Virus record (IMG/VR): IMGVR_UViG_3300032225_000976
Coordinates: 1-43,807 of that record
DNA: 43,807 bases
Reading direction: 5' to 3' (one strand)
From: a virus
Taxonomy: Duplodnaviria > Caudoviricetes
The notes below the pieces were generated by a model. It made no database searches. It saw nothing but the letters and a program-made list of their open reading frames with translations, and had not been told where the DNA came from. Positions 43,529-43,807 of the stretch are shown piece by piece. Every line of letters starts with the position of its first letter. Position 1 is the first letter of the stretch. A program made the translations under genes and the position numbers.

Positions 43529-43807
43529 ATGCAGAACGACAACTACCCGTCTAACCCCAACCCGCTCGCACCAATCGCCTCAGCTCTCCTCGCGATCATC
43601 GCGGAACCGCTTCGCGAACTGGTGCGCGCCGAGATTCGCGCGGCCTCGATCGCGATCGACCACGAGCAGGTGCAAATGATCGTGCGCAACGAGATTGATG
43701 ACGCGTTCTCCGGCAACGGCGCAGCGCGAAACACCATCACAGATATCGTCGAGGAGATCACGAGCCGACGCGCGTTTCTGCGCGATATTGCAGAGGGAGC
43801 CGCAGGC
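43529..43807 (+). CDS. 5' part of the junction-spanning hypothetical protein (continues to 315)
   Basis: AGGAG RBS; open to the end of the window. Confidence 0.75.
   Translation, partial: MQNDNYPSNPNPLAPIASALLAIIAEPLRELVRAEIRAASIAIDHEQVQMIVRNEIDDAFSGNGAARNTITDIVEEITSRRAFLRDIAEGAAG
43685..43807. repeat. Terminal direct repeat, copy 2
   Basis: Identical to 1-123. Confidence 0.95.

Overview
The window looks like a complete, circularly assembled genome of a GC-rich tailed phage (siphovirus-like). Bases 1-123 are repeated exactly at 43685-43807, giving a unit length of about 43,684 bp. The layout is: (i) packaging and head genes (TerL, DUF935/Mu-like portal, gpF-like minor head, protease/scaffold, decoration protein, MCP), 2.3-9.5 kb; (ii) neck and tail genes with a -1 frameshifted chaperone pair, a short tape measure, large tail proteins, a trypsin-like tail-module protein and a fibre, 9.6-22.2 kb; (iii) holin/spanin-like genes with no recognisable endolysin, a metallophosphoesterase, a second RBP-like cluster and a roughly 46-Cys protein with a CxxC partner, 22.2-28.3 kb; (iv) recombination and replication genes (RecE, Bet, RepL-like, SF2 helicase, Dcm with a nested ORF, primase, RusA), 28.5-39.1 kb; (v) a leftward operon of small genes ending in a serine recombinase, a palindrome-rich control region and a rightward operon with a Gp88-like gene. 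The most striking signal is a structured non-coding element at 28372-28462, directly downstream of a sigma70-like promoter. Its single-stranded segment GGTGGCTCCT is complementary to an AGGAGCCAC(C/A)-type motif at the ribosome-binding sites of at least 6-8 phage genes, making it a candidate multi-target anti-RBS small RNA. Other notable signals are six copies of (G)CGAATACGGA clustered at 38.2-42.5 kb and an apparent genome-wide avoidance of ACGT. All family calls come from motif recognition by eye; no database searches were run.
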